The notes under the pieces were generated by a model, which saw nothing but the letters and a program-made list of their open reading frames with translations, was not told the DNA's origin and did not search any database. Positions 14,517 to 26,285 of a DNA stretch of 64,000 nucleotides are shown piece by piece (positions within the stretch are counted from its first letter, which is position 1; each line of letters opens with the position of its first letter). Made by a program: the position numbers and the translations under genes. This DNA is from Lama glama (taxonomy: Eukaryota): the NCBI GenBank assembly GCA_028534125.1, contig CM052817.1:69380001-69444000 (forward strand), read 5' to 3'.

Positions 14517-14662
14517 CTGAGGGAGCTCTGGGTGTTCTTCACCGCAACCACTTCTCATCCTAAGAGTCTTTGGGCCTAATCATTGTTCCAGAAAATCTTT
14601 AGGCAAGTCTACTGCATTAGCCGTTTACATCCTGTAATTTGGAAAGATTCTTTTCAGCAAAC
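14517..14662 (-). pseudogene. Candidate exon: GLLKRIFPNYRM*TANAVDLPKDFLEQ*LGPKTLRMRSGCGEEHPELPQ
   Basis: Acceptor catttgaattag, donor CAG|GTGGGA. Two stops in the propagated frame. Confidence 0.4.
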
Positions 14663-15458
14663 CTAATTCAAATGAGTCCCACTGCTATGCCCAAAATACG
14701 AGTTTTTCATAAAATACGGATGCAATAACAGACTCAAAGCACAAAAAGACAGCATTTATACAACCTATTAAGCCATAGTCAATGCCTTCCCTTCGTAAAG
14801 AGAAAAACTAATTGTATCCTCTTCTAATCAATACAGTAAGTCTTAGTAGTTTAAGCTCTGATGTTGCCACATCAAGAATTTCCTCTCTGGTATGTTCAAA
14901 ATCATGGAGAACATTCTGATAATAAGAGTGGTCTTTGTGACTTCCCTTGATTTCTTACATTAATACCAAAGAAATAAAGAATGTATCTTTGGAGGCCTAA
15001 ACTCCCCATTAATCTATGGAACATTTTAATTCATTGAATTTTTTAAATATAAAACACAAAAACAAATCTTCACTAAGCAATTCTGCACAAAAATCTTCTC
15101 AAAAGGAAAATATATCTGCTTTAGCGATAAAAGGAGGTTGGACATACACAGCTAAATAATGTACGGCCTGTTTCTCTACTCAGTAACAGTGTTTTTAATT
15201 TAAATTATATGACAGTTATGGTACATGAATTAGACATGTTTTTAACCATTTGCTTTCTGAGGTGGTTTTCTGGTATCCTGAAAAACTTACCATTCTTGAG
15301 AATAAATAAGAAAAAAAAAATGGGTTCCAATACTCCCCTCCCCATTTCAAAATCACACAGATCTGTCTTGACTCATATTCACATTTTACTTTTCAACTTA
15401 AACAACTGCTTCTTTTCATCATGAGGGATGGAAATTTTAAAAATTAAGAAAGTTTCAG

Positions 15459-15600
15459 AGGAGGAATAAATTTGGAGTTTGAGAGTTGTGAATACTAACT
15501 ACTACATATAAAATAGAGAAGCAACAAGATCCTACTGTATAGCACAGGAAACTGTTTTCACTGTCTTGTAATAGCCTATAATGAAAAAGAATATGAAAAG

Positions 15601-15647
<47 letters not shown>

Positions 15648-15717
15648 TATGCCGTACCAGAAATTAACACAACCTTTTAAATCAACTATACTTCAATAAA
15701 ATAAATAAATACATAAA
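15459..15717 (+). mobile_element. Truncated L1 3'UTR (cetartiodactyl-type) with internal (TA)n
   Basis: Motif gatcctactgtatagcacagg...tcaactatacttcaataaaa. 13-bp TSD aagaaagtttcag at 15446-15458 and 15718-15730. Confidence 0.85.
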
Positions 15718-16662
15718 AAGAAAGTTTCAGGTAATGAATGAAAGCACATGTGAGCCACTGTTGGGAGTGGAGACACTGTATTACACTGTTATAATGCTTC
15801 ACTGAACATAATTCGGAGATGGTTCAGCAACTTTAGTTTCCTTTTGCCCTTTGTCTTACAAGTGACACTAGAAAGCATATCACATGTTTGAGTTTAGAGC
15901 CAGGTTTGAAGAGGCTCTGCTCTCAAAGCATAAGAAAAGAGAAAAACTATTAAATTCCAGTGAATTGATCAGTCTACGGCTTAGTTTCTTGGGATTGGGG
16001 AGAGAAAATAAAAATGGCAAAATTCTTAAGAGGCCCATTGCAACTCAATAGGAATTTTCCAAACACAAATTCTCTACTTACTGTTGCATAGCAATAAAAG
16101 TATCAGAGGTTCTGGGAGGGCTCAAATTGTCACTGTCTTTTTAATTAATTAAGTCACCATAAAAAAATAAGAGGACTGAAAGAGGAGTTAGGAGACTTCT
16201 GTACTAATTAACTAACTGTATAACCATAAAAACAGATCTTAGGATCTTCTTTGGATCTCTCTCTCTCTCCTTAATCTATAAAGTAAAGGAATCAGACTAG
16301 CTGATTTCTCAGGGCCTTTTCTAATTAATTCTTGTTTGATAATGATCACTCTTTCTAATGTATGAGAAGTTAAAGAGGACTCTACTTATGATTTCACAGG
16401 TAAGCCTTTAAAATGCATCAAATAGTTCCTCATCAGTAACTCCCCACTTCATTCTAATGTCTCCTGCCATACTTTATCCATATCTTACCTGGAGATACTC
16501 ATAATCCATCCCTCATTCAAACAAAGTAAAAGGAAGATCTCAGCAGGTTCTTAATAGCTTAGCACAGAACAACAGCAGCTGTATCTCCCAGAGACCTTAG
16601 AGAAAGTAACCAGACAGACAAAAAGCCAAAGACTTTGGTCCGTGCTTCCACTCTTCTCTCGC

Positions 16663-16800
16663 CTTGGCAAGTTTTGAAAGCAGAACTTAGATAGTCTCTC
16701 TGGAAATGGCTGTTGAAATCAATTCTGCTGGCCTCTGCCCAGGCAGATGATAGAAAATATCATTTTTACTTGCACAGTGTCGACAGCATTTTGCTGAACC
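16663..16800 (-). pseudogene. Core exon 6 (138 nt, phase 1-1): GFSKMLSTLCK*K*YFLSSAWAEASRIDFNSHFQRDYLSSAFKTCQ
   Basis: Acceptor actctgtccatag, GC-type donor AAG|GCGAGA. First stop TAA at 16768-16766. Confidence 0.5.
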
Positions 16801-17009
16801 CTATGGACAGAGTCCAAACACATAAAATCTTTCTTCAAAGAGCTCATTGTGTACATACAGCAACTGGGACTTGAGGAGTGGGTTTCCTTCCATTCCTAGT
16901 GCTCTCTCAGAGATACAACCACTGACATCGTTCCTCCAACTAATAGTGTAATCGGGCAGTATAGACACACTTTATCACCACCATAGTTTAAACTCTTACA
17001 TACACTGGA

Positions 17010-18080
17010 GCCAAAATAAATAGGTTACTGAAACAAAATAGATAGCCTGATTCAGTGTTTTAGTAACTGATAAAAGGGAGACATCCCAAACCAACAGGGC
17101 AAAGATGGTATGCTTGACCAACAAAGTTAAGACAACTAGAGAGTTATTGGGAGGAAATCAATGTGTGATCAATTTAGTTTTTATCATACACTGAAATAAT
17201 CTCTATGTGGATTAAAGAGTTAATTGCAAAAATTGTATGCAGCAAAAAATAAATATTGTTGAATGTAAGTTGATTTCTGCACAGGGAAGGCTCATTAAGC
17301 TTAAAAGCAATGGGGAAAGCACAATATAAAAACTAAATATATTTAATTACATAAATATTTTAAAGTTTGTGTGTCAATTAAACTGACCAGAATAAGAAGG
17401 TGAAAAACAAGCTAGGGCTAATATTCTTAAAAAATATCGGAGTTAATATATTACCCCCACATAAAGTGCCCAGAGAAATTGTTGCAACAAACACCAAAAT
17501 CTCCATAAATAAATTGAAAAAGAACTATGAACAGATAATGCACACACACACAATACCACTATAACTGTCTGATTAGTACAATTTTTTTCAGTGATAACAC
17601 TTAGTTTTAGGGAAAATGTGAGGAAATCAGCACATACATCCTCATAACCTGGTGTTTAGAATGTAAAAGGCTGTAAAATTTCTAAGAATAGATGTGGCAT
17701 TATATTTCAAAGACCTTAAAAATGCTCATACAGTTTGACTCCTAGAAATTTAGCCTAGGGAAACAAACTGACATGTGGACGAAGTTTAAGCACACAGAGA
17801 TGCTTTACGCAGTGACAATTATAATGGTAAATAATTAGTTAAGCAAAAGGAAACACTTAGAAAATCCAATAATAAATGATTAAATAAATTAAGGTTTACC
17901 TTGTGATCATTGTTTTGAATAGTATAAAAACTTTATGTTATAATGTTAACTGAAAAACTATACCAAGAATTGTGTAGGATATAAACTCAATTACACTGTA
18001 TTATTTTATAAAGCATAAGATAATTTTAGATAAAAACTATCCTAAAATGTTGAGTATCTGTCTTTAGTTGATAACACTAT
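17010..18080 (+). mobile_element. Old degenerate L1M ORF2 3' part/3'UTR, target of the young L1
   Basis: A-rich L1 ORF2-like motifs. Confidence 0.6.
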
Positions 18081-18097
18081 GAACATATTTTGTTTTT

Positions 18098-19312
18098 TTT
18101 TTCCAAAAAGTTGTGCCATACATTTTATTCTAAGAGTTTTATGGTTTCAGATCTTATGTTTCAGTCTGTGATCCATTTTTTTTAAACATTTTTTATTGAT
18201 TTATAATCATTTTACAATGTTGTGTCAAATTCCAGTGTTCAGTACAATTTTTCAGTCATTCATGGACATATACACACTCATTGTCACATTTTTTTCTCTG
18301 TGAGTTATCATAACATTTTGTGTATATTTCCCTGTGCTATACAGTGTAATCTTGTTTATCTATTCTACAGTTTGAAATCCCAGTCTACCCCTTCCCACCC
18401 TCCACCCCCCTGGTAACCACAAGTCTGTATTCTCTGTCTGTGAGTCTATTTCTGTCCTGAATTTATGCTTTGTTTTTGTTTGTTTGTTTTTGTTTTTGTT
18501 TTTTAGATTCCACATATGAGCGATCTCATATGGTATTTTTCTTTCTCTTTCTGGCTTACTTCACTTAGAATGACATTCTCCAGGAGCATCCATGTTGCTG
18601 CAAATGGCATTATGTTGTCGGTTTTTATGGCTGAGTAGTATTCCATTGTATAAATATACCACCTCTTCNNNNNNNNNNNNNNNNNNNNNNNNNNNNNNNN
18701 NNNNNNNNNNNNNNNNNNNNNNNNNNNNNNNNNNNNNNNNNNNNNNNNNNNNNNNNNNNNNNNNNNNNNNNNNNNNNNNNNNNNNNNNNNNNNNNNNNNN
18801 NNNNNNNNNNNNNNNNNNNNNNNNNNNNNNNNNNNNNNNNNNNNNNNNNNNNNNNNNNNNNNNNNNNNNNNNNNNNNNNNNNNNNNNNNNNNNNNNNNNN
18901 NNNNNNNNNNNNNNNNNNNNNNNNNNNNNNNNNNNNNNNNNNNNNNNNNNNNNNNNNNNNNNNNNNNNNNNNNNNNNNNNNNNNNNNNNNNNNNNNNNNN
19001 NNNNNNNNNNNNNNNNNNNNNNNNNNNNNNNNNNNNNNNNNNNNNNNNNNNNNNNNNNNNNNNNNNNNNNNNNNNNNNNNNNNNNNNNNNNNNNNNNNNN
19101 NNNNNNNNNNNNNNNNNNNNNNNNNNNNNNNNNNNNNNNNNNNNNNNNNNNNNNNNNNNNNNNNNNNNGGAGAATTGCTTGTTTAGGTCTTCTGCCCATT
19201 TTTGGATTGGGTTATTTTTTTCTTATTGAGTCGTATGAGCTGCTTATATATTCTGGAGATCAAGCCTTTGTCGGTTTCACTTGCAAAAATTTTCTCCCAT
19301 TCCGTAGGTTTT
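18098..19312 (-). mobile_element. Young 5'-truncated L1 with ~75-bp 3' transduction; contains the assembly gap
   Basis: L1 3'UTR/ORF2-end sequence, two poly(A) tracts, 16-bp TSD aacatattttgttttt at 18082-18097 and 19313-19328. Confidence 0.85.
18669..19168. other. Assembly gap, exactly 500 N
   Basis: Run of N. Confidence 0.99.
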
Positions 19313-19859
19313 AACATATTTTGTTTTTAATGCTTCCTTTTTTATCTTCCATAATTTCAATAAGCATATATTATTTTGTAATAAAAATTAACTCAAAGTT
19401 AATTGGTGTTGTTTGGGCAGGAAATTCTAGGCTCCCACGTACACATAGAATAATTCAGGAGGGAGGGGGTGGGGGCAAGGCTCTGAACTGGCACCAACTC
19501 TAGCCTCATAGTCTTTCTCCTCCCAGGGGAGGCATGGCTGGACGAAGGCCAGACCAGAAGGCCAGGGCAGAGCCTCCCTTGCCTAGACGTTAGAACATTA
19601 CTGCCTATAAATAATAGGAATATCTACCAGATATTTATTTATCTCATAAGTTTAAATTGTGGGAAATGCACAAGAGTATGGAGGAGCTCCAAATATCAAC
19701 AACATGACTGTGAATATTTGAGGAGTTCAAAGCAGATGCTTTGGACAACTTGAATATTTTACAAATAAAATGTGCTGCTGGGAATTGCATTTGGCTGTAT
19801 CTGAGTTGTCACATTACACACTCTCAGAAACATAGGGAGAAAAGGACCCAAGGATGATC

Positions 19860-20310
19860 TGGTCTCTGCTCTCTTCTCCCCCACATCTCTGACCACTCTG
19901 CCTCTGGCTGGCGCTTTCAGCCTCACTGGTCTCCTTTCCTTTAGGTTGATCAGTCCTCCCACCTCAGGACCTTCACAGAGACTCTGTCCTTCATCACTAA
20001 TGCTCCAGCCTCACACACTCCAATTAATCCCTCTGAAACCTTCTAATCTCCCTTCAGATAGCACTTCTATAGAGAATCCCTTCCTGCACCCCTAAACTGG
20101 ACAGGTCAGGTGTGTTTATTTATGCACTGAAATGGAATCTCTGTCCTTATCTGCTTAGCTCTAACTGATTTGTAACGATATATTCAAGAGAGTATTAACA
20201 AATGGGTCTCTGCTTCAAAGACACTACAAACTCAATGTAGTCACAGATCTAAGTCTCTTTTGCTCATCACGGAATTTCAACACCTAGCACAGTACTGGCA
20301 TACAGTAGAA
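19860..20310 (+). mobile_element. L2 3' end
   Basis: cacctcaggaccttcac...cacctagcacagtactggcatacagtag. Confidence 0.7.
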
Positions 20311-20399
20311 AAAACTAATTCAGAAAGATACATGCATCCCAATGGTCGCAGCAGCACTGTTTACAATGGTCAAGACAGGGAAGCAACCCAAGTTTACAT

Positions 20400-23300
20400 C
20401 GGTATTTTCAATTCACATATCTCATGTCTGTTATGTTCTTTTACCACACCATAAAACTCACTTTCAACATCAATATCTCATCTGTTCTATCCCACAATAT
20501 ATATCATCTCTCATATAATAATGACAAACTACTACTAATATACGATTACTAAAAACAGATATTAAAATATTTTGCTGTTATTTTGATCATGAGGACATAT
20601 TCCATTAAGAAAATACAAGTTACTGTATTTTAAAGTCACTTAGAATTGTCCCTCTGTGTGTGCACCACCACACCACCATGCCATAGCAATGCCAACGGGA
20701 TGCACAGTTTCATTTGTATCATTTTCTTTTTGATACTAAGGAGTCTGTAATTATTTAATTTTATATTGTAATTATGTAAAATGTTAACATTGTTCCAAAG
20801 TCAAATGCTTAAAGTATATTCAAAGGAGTCCATCTCATCTCTGTCACCTCTAGCCTGTTCTTCCCTCTTTATACCAAGCACCAGTTCTGCCTACTAAATG
20901 ACTCACTAGGCACTCACATTCCTTTTTTTATGGCTTATTTTTCACTTTAAAATGTAGCCAATATAGTTTCTATTTCTTAGATAAATAGTAACATGCCATA
21001 CACATTTTTCTCCATCTTTCTTTTTTCCTTTAACAATTGTATCCTGGACATCACTCATAATACTGTATCAAGATTTTTACACTACTTCTTACAGTTGCAT
21101 ACTACCCCACTGTGCTGATAGAGGGCAGTTCCTTCCACCATGAACATTTAGATTACTTCCAATCTTTGGTATCATAAAGTATGTTGCAGTTAATAGCCTT
21201 ATGAACAAATCTTTTTGTGCTCTGCCAAAATGTTATAGGGATAGATTCTTAGAAGTGGGATGTTTGCAGCGTCCAAAAGTAAATAAACATGTAATTTTGC
21301 TAAGCAATGCTAAATTTCCTTCCATAGTGGTTATGCCATTTTGTATTTGCATTAGCCTTGAAAAAAGAAAGTTGACAAAATTGAGTGATCGTCAGATAGG
21401 AAAAAGATGCCATCTCAGCCTTGTTTTATTCTGCATTCCTCCCATCATGAGCATCTTTTCACATAGTTTAGAGACATTTGCATTTCTTTTTCTTTTATCT
21501 GTTTGTATTTTCACTCATTTTTCTATAGTTTCACATCCATTTACTTTCATGTATTCCATGTATATTTGGAATAATAACCCTGGTCTCTAACACAAGTTGC
21601 AAATATTGTTCCCAGTTTGTTACTTGTATATTTACTTACAGTATATTTTGCCATGCAAAAATCTAATGCAATCAAAAATTTCAACCTTTTTCTTTATTGC
21701 TTCTGGATTTTGAATCAATTAGGAAAGTTTTCTCATTCCTAAGATTTGTAGGAATTCACCTATGTTTTCTTTCAGAACTTTTATAACTTTTTGCTTTTTA
21801 CACTTAATCTCTGATCCTTTTGGACTTTAGCTTCCTGCAAAGAGTAAAGAATGGATCTAATGTTATCGTTTCCCAGACTGCTATCCTCAACACTACTTAC
21901 AAAAAATTTCACCTTTTTCTATTTATTGAGATGTGGCTGACCTTTATGGTATACTTAATTTCCTTATACAATTGGGTCAGTTGCTGAATTTTCTGTTTTA
22001 TTCCACTGGTCAGTCTGTTTATTCATCTACTGTTAACAAACTGCCTTGATTGTATATTCTTTATAGTATATAATTAATTTTAAAGCTGGCTAGCTGTGCC
22101 CCCTCTGCATATACAAACTTTCTCTTCTTTTTTAGTATTTTCCTATCTATTTTTGTTTGTTTTCCTTCCAAATGAACTTCACAATCAATCCATCTAGCTA
22201 TGGGAAAAAATACTTCTTTAAAAATTGGAATTATATTAAACTAATAACCAACTAGGGGTAGATAATGTCTTCAAGATATTGAATCTTCCTATTCAAGAAT
22301 GGAGTATGTCTTTCTATTCAATTCTCAAAAACTTTTTACAGTTATTTTCATCTAAGTTTTGAACATTTCTTATGAAGTTCATACAAATGAATTTAATTTC
22401 TGTTTTGATATGAGATTTCTATTTTAGATGATGATTTTTGGTGTATATGATGCCCACTGATTTTTGTATGTTAATTTAATAACCCATTATACTAAATTCT
22501 CTGTTTTTGATTGTTTTCTATTGTTTCTTTTATGATTTACAGATATATAATCATTTGCTTTCCACATAGATATAATTTACCTTTTCCTTTCCAATTCCTG
22601 TGTCTCCAGTTGTTCTTCTCTTGAGTTATTTGCATTGGCTAATACTTCCAACCAGAGGGTGGGAAAGAGAGAGGGAGAGAAGATACAGAGAGAGAGACAG
22701 AGAAAGAATGTTCATGTTAACTAAATATCCATCAGTTACTATTTTACTGAGTGCTTATAATATGGATGGATATTTAATGTTGTAAAATACCTTCTCTGAA
22801 CATTTGCAGATGATCCTGATTCTTCTCCCTAATCTTCTTAATATGTTATATCAATTTAATGGAATTTCTAATAGGGAACCACTTGAAATTAAGGAACCAT
22901 GTTGCAGTCCTGAAATTAACCCCAGCACTTGGTCATAATGCAATTATTTTTCAAATGTGCTGTTGATTTCTATTTGCTAATATTTCACTTAAGATTTTTA
23001 CATTATATTCATGAGTGACATTTTCCTGTACTTTTTTCTTTTTGGTACAATCCTTGTCACCTTTGAGGATTAATGTTATAGTAGATTCAGAATATGAAAT
23101 TAGAAGATTTCTTTCTTTTCTATATTCTCTGGCATACTTTAAATGCATTGGGATTGTCGAATCATTAAAGGTTGGGTAGAATTTTTGTATGAAACCAACT
23201 TGACTAGGTGCACTTCTGTGGGAGAGCTTCATTACTTTTCTATTTCTTTACTGGTTATTGCTCCATTTATACTTAGCTGGGATCAGTTATGATAAGTTAA

Positions 23301-23770
23301 TATTTTAAATTAGTCACTTTTATCATGATTTTCAAATCTATTTGCATACAGTTGGGTAAAGTAGAATTTTTTAATTGCTTGGTTTCATATTGTTCTTTTT
23401 GATTTCTAAAGTTGTGTGTTTGTTCTCCCTCCTTTCATCTCTTTTTTGTTATGCTAGGTAACAGTTTGTCAATTTTGATATTGAAATAGCTTGATGTTAT
23501 TTTAGAACTATTTTTTGTTTTCTATCTCATTAATTTCTGGTTTTATTTATATCAATTCCTACTTTATGCTTTCTTTTGATTAATGTTTTTCAAGCTTTTT
23601 AAATTGGGTATTTAATTCATTTATTTTGATTTTTTATTGATATAGCTATTTAATGCTATAAATTTTCCTGATAACTGATTCAGTCATACTCCACAGATTG
23701 TTTCTTCTTTTCATTATGGTTATTTTTTGACAATTCTGTGATTTTGAGTTCCTCCTGAACCAAGTATTTT
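20400..23770 (-). mobile_element. Old L1M ORF2/3'UTR remnant
   Basis: ORF 22951..23232 (FYPTF...ESTITLILKGDKD...ILANRNQQHI) resembles the L1 ORF2 RT region. T-rich strand. Confidence 0.85.
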
Positions 23771-24040
23771 TAGCGTATTTTTTTTAAGAAAATAGGATTT
23801 TATTTGCCATTAGGATATGATTTTTCCTTCCTAGCCATACTGACTTCAAATAGTGATTTTTAAAAGTAAAAAGTGGCAGTTCCTAATGATCATTTCAACT
23901 CAAGTTCATGAAGAAAATACAGAATAAAATACCACACACTTAGTGAGAAAAGCCAGACAACATGTGAAAGGTAAAGCTTCTTCCTCTTGTAAGAACTCCA
24001 TTTCCAAACTCAACCATTGATAATTCTTCATCTCTAATAC

Positions 24041-24189
24041 CCACAGGTGACCTGCTTGCTTTGTAGAGCCACACTATGGGGGTCTTTGGTTGACCAGATA
24101 TTTTAATACTGTCAAAAGACCGCATGGCATGTGACATCCCATGCTGGTATACTCTGACAAATGAATTTGCACTACAATAAAATCTCCTA
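24041..24189 (-). CDS. Core exon 5 (149 nt, phase 2-1): RRFYCSANSFVRVYQHGMSHAMRSFDSIKISGQPKTPIVWLYKASRSPV(G)
   Basis: Acceptor ctttttttcctcaccttag(TAG), a NAGNAG site. Weak donor TGG|GTATTA. Lies within ORF 23940..24254. Confidence 0.6.
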
Positions 24190-26089
24190 CTAAGGTGAGG
24201 AAAAAAAGAGAGATTATTTTCTTGGAGGAAACTGGGAAAAGGATTTTCATACATGGTGCTTTACTAAATTTTTTTTTCTGTTTTAGTATATTCTCTGCAA
24301 TAGGATTTAACTTCCAATTGCTTAGTGGGGCTTTCAGCAACTCTTTCCTAAGTGATTCCAAGCAATTCCTTATAAATTAAAGATGAAAGCTCATACTGAC
24401 TCTACACACAAACAAATCTCCTCACCCCTCTAAACTATAATTTAGAACCCAGAACTCAAAGTGTGTGTCCTTTTCTTCCTGCCACTCTGGCTCAGAGGTG
24501 AGTGAATGTTGGCTTCGGCTTTCTATCTTAGAGTCTATTCCTTCTTTTTCATCTCAGTTTAGTTGGTACCTCCTATGGGGGCAGCAGTTGAAATGTGGTT
24601 ATATCTCAGCCTTCCTCAGGCATTTGGGAGTTCACCAGCAGTAAGGGGAAAAACTCAGCAGCACTGCCAAGAACAAAAGCCAGAGGAATGGGGCCAGTGC
24701 CAGCAGAGATAAATCAGCACGCCCGAATGGGGGCCAATGCCAGTGTAAGCAGCTGAGGAGAGCTAGAACCCTGGGGCACTGGAAGAGCAGATAGACCACA
24801 GTCGAGGGCCACTGCCAACCTGGAGCTCCAGAGGAGTGGAGAGAGAGAGCTCACTTTCCCAGCTGTCCAGATGGGATCACATCAAAGAGCCCGATGGAAT
24901 TATTTTATTCGACCTGAAGCACCCTTCAGAACTGGAGCCAGGGCTACACTGTGGGTGCCAGTGGCACTTGACAGAGTGATCCTCAGGGAATCCATCCTCA
25001 AGACTAAATGAAGAGGCAGTTTTAGAAACTGCCATGAAGATCGTGATGAAATAACCACGGCTGAACACTGCAAAGTGCCAATGTTACTGCATTGCTAAAC
25101 ATTACATTAGAGAGCAGACGGTTCCAGCATCTGCCAACAAGGAGCAGAAATGCAGCTCCCTGGTCTCAGCCCTCAGAACAAGACAAAGTAGGCCAGAAAG
25201 GAAAATAGGAAGAGGCAACAGGTGGGCACATCCAATTTTTACATCACTTTAGGTGAGAAATGTCCCATGTTTACGTCCAACCAAGGGGATTCTCTTTCTA
25301 AAATGTGAGGTCCGTCTAACTGAAATAACCTCTAGCTATGGGCAGCTATCCATCTTTACCTCCTTTTGTCCTGATTATCCAAAGAAATACATTTTAAAAT
25401 ATAAAAGAGATTAAAATTTTTATTTAAGATATAAGCCATTATGTTTGGAGTATGTCTTACTCTTTTCAAGAGTGACAATTACAGTGAATGTAATATAATT
25501 GGAGAAGAAAAACATGGAAATTCATTCCAAAGAAGATAGCTGACAACATGATATCAACATATAAATCACCTCATTTTGATGCTGCCCTGTAATCTAGATG
25601 CTCTTTCCATTAAAATAGATTTAGGACAAGATGTAAAATATATATATTTATTAATGTATGTTATTTTGCCTCAAAATTTCTTTATAAGTACATGTCTTTG
25701 AGCTGAAAAACACAGAAATGTACCACATTAAATAAAGAGATCATATTTTTTGCTTCAAACTTATCTTTATAATTTTAAAATCAATGTCTAAGTGGCAAAA
25801 GAGGCATAGAACTAGGATGCCACTCTGTGAAATCTGAGAATAAAGGTAAAACATCTAATTTGCCTCTTGGCATTGAGGCCAAGAAAGATAAGGTTGGTAT
25901 TTTTTGCAGTGCTTCTTAAATGTCATTATCGTATCACAGTCTTATTCAAGAACCTATAGTGACCTTAAAGTCCATGATAATTCATCTTAATCAAGTTGTA
26001 TATTGTATATTTCCTTATTATTTTAAGATACATATATACACACACACATATATATGTATCTATAAGATATAAAATATAATTAATACTCT

Positions 26090-26285
26090 CATAGTACCAG
26101 ACACTCTTTTAAATGCCTTATAAGACTCAAACTCATTGTAACAACACTATAAAACTGGTAATGTTATCATCGACTTCATTTTACATTATAAAGAAACTGA
26201 AGAATAGAGAATCTAAATAAGTCATCCAAGGTCACAAGGCTGTCAAGTAGGGGAATGCAGGCAATTTGACTCCAGAGATCCTACA
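26090..26285 (-). mobile_element. MIR
   Basis: cattttac...aagaaactgaag...tccaaggtcaca. Confidence 0.7.

Noticed and set aside
5..16800. Idea that many in-frame stops without frameshifts indicate recoding or RNA editing
   Set aside because: Propagating a frame through chosen exons is automatically phase-consistent, and stop density here (~4%) is near random. There is no evidence for read-through.
18561..19314. The two longest ORFs (212 and 240 aa)
   Set aside because: Artefacts of translating through the 500-N gap inside an L1.
21201..21590. 129-aa plus-strand ORF
   Set aside because: Antisense to an old L1 remnant; low-complexity composition.
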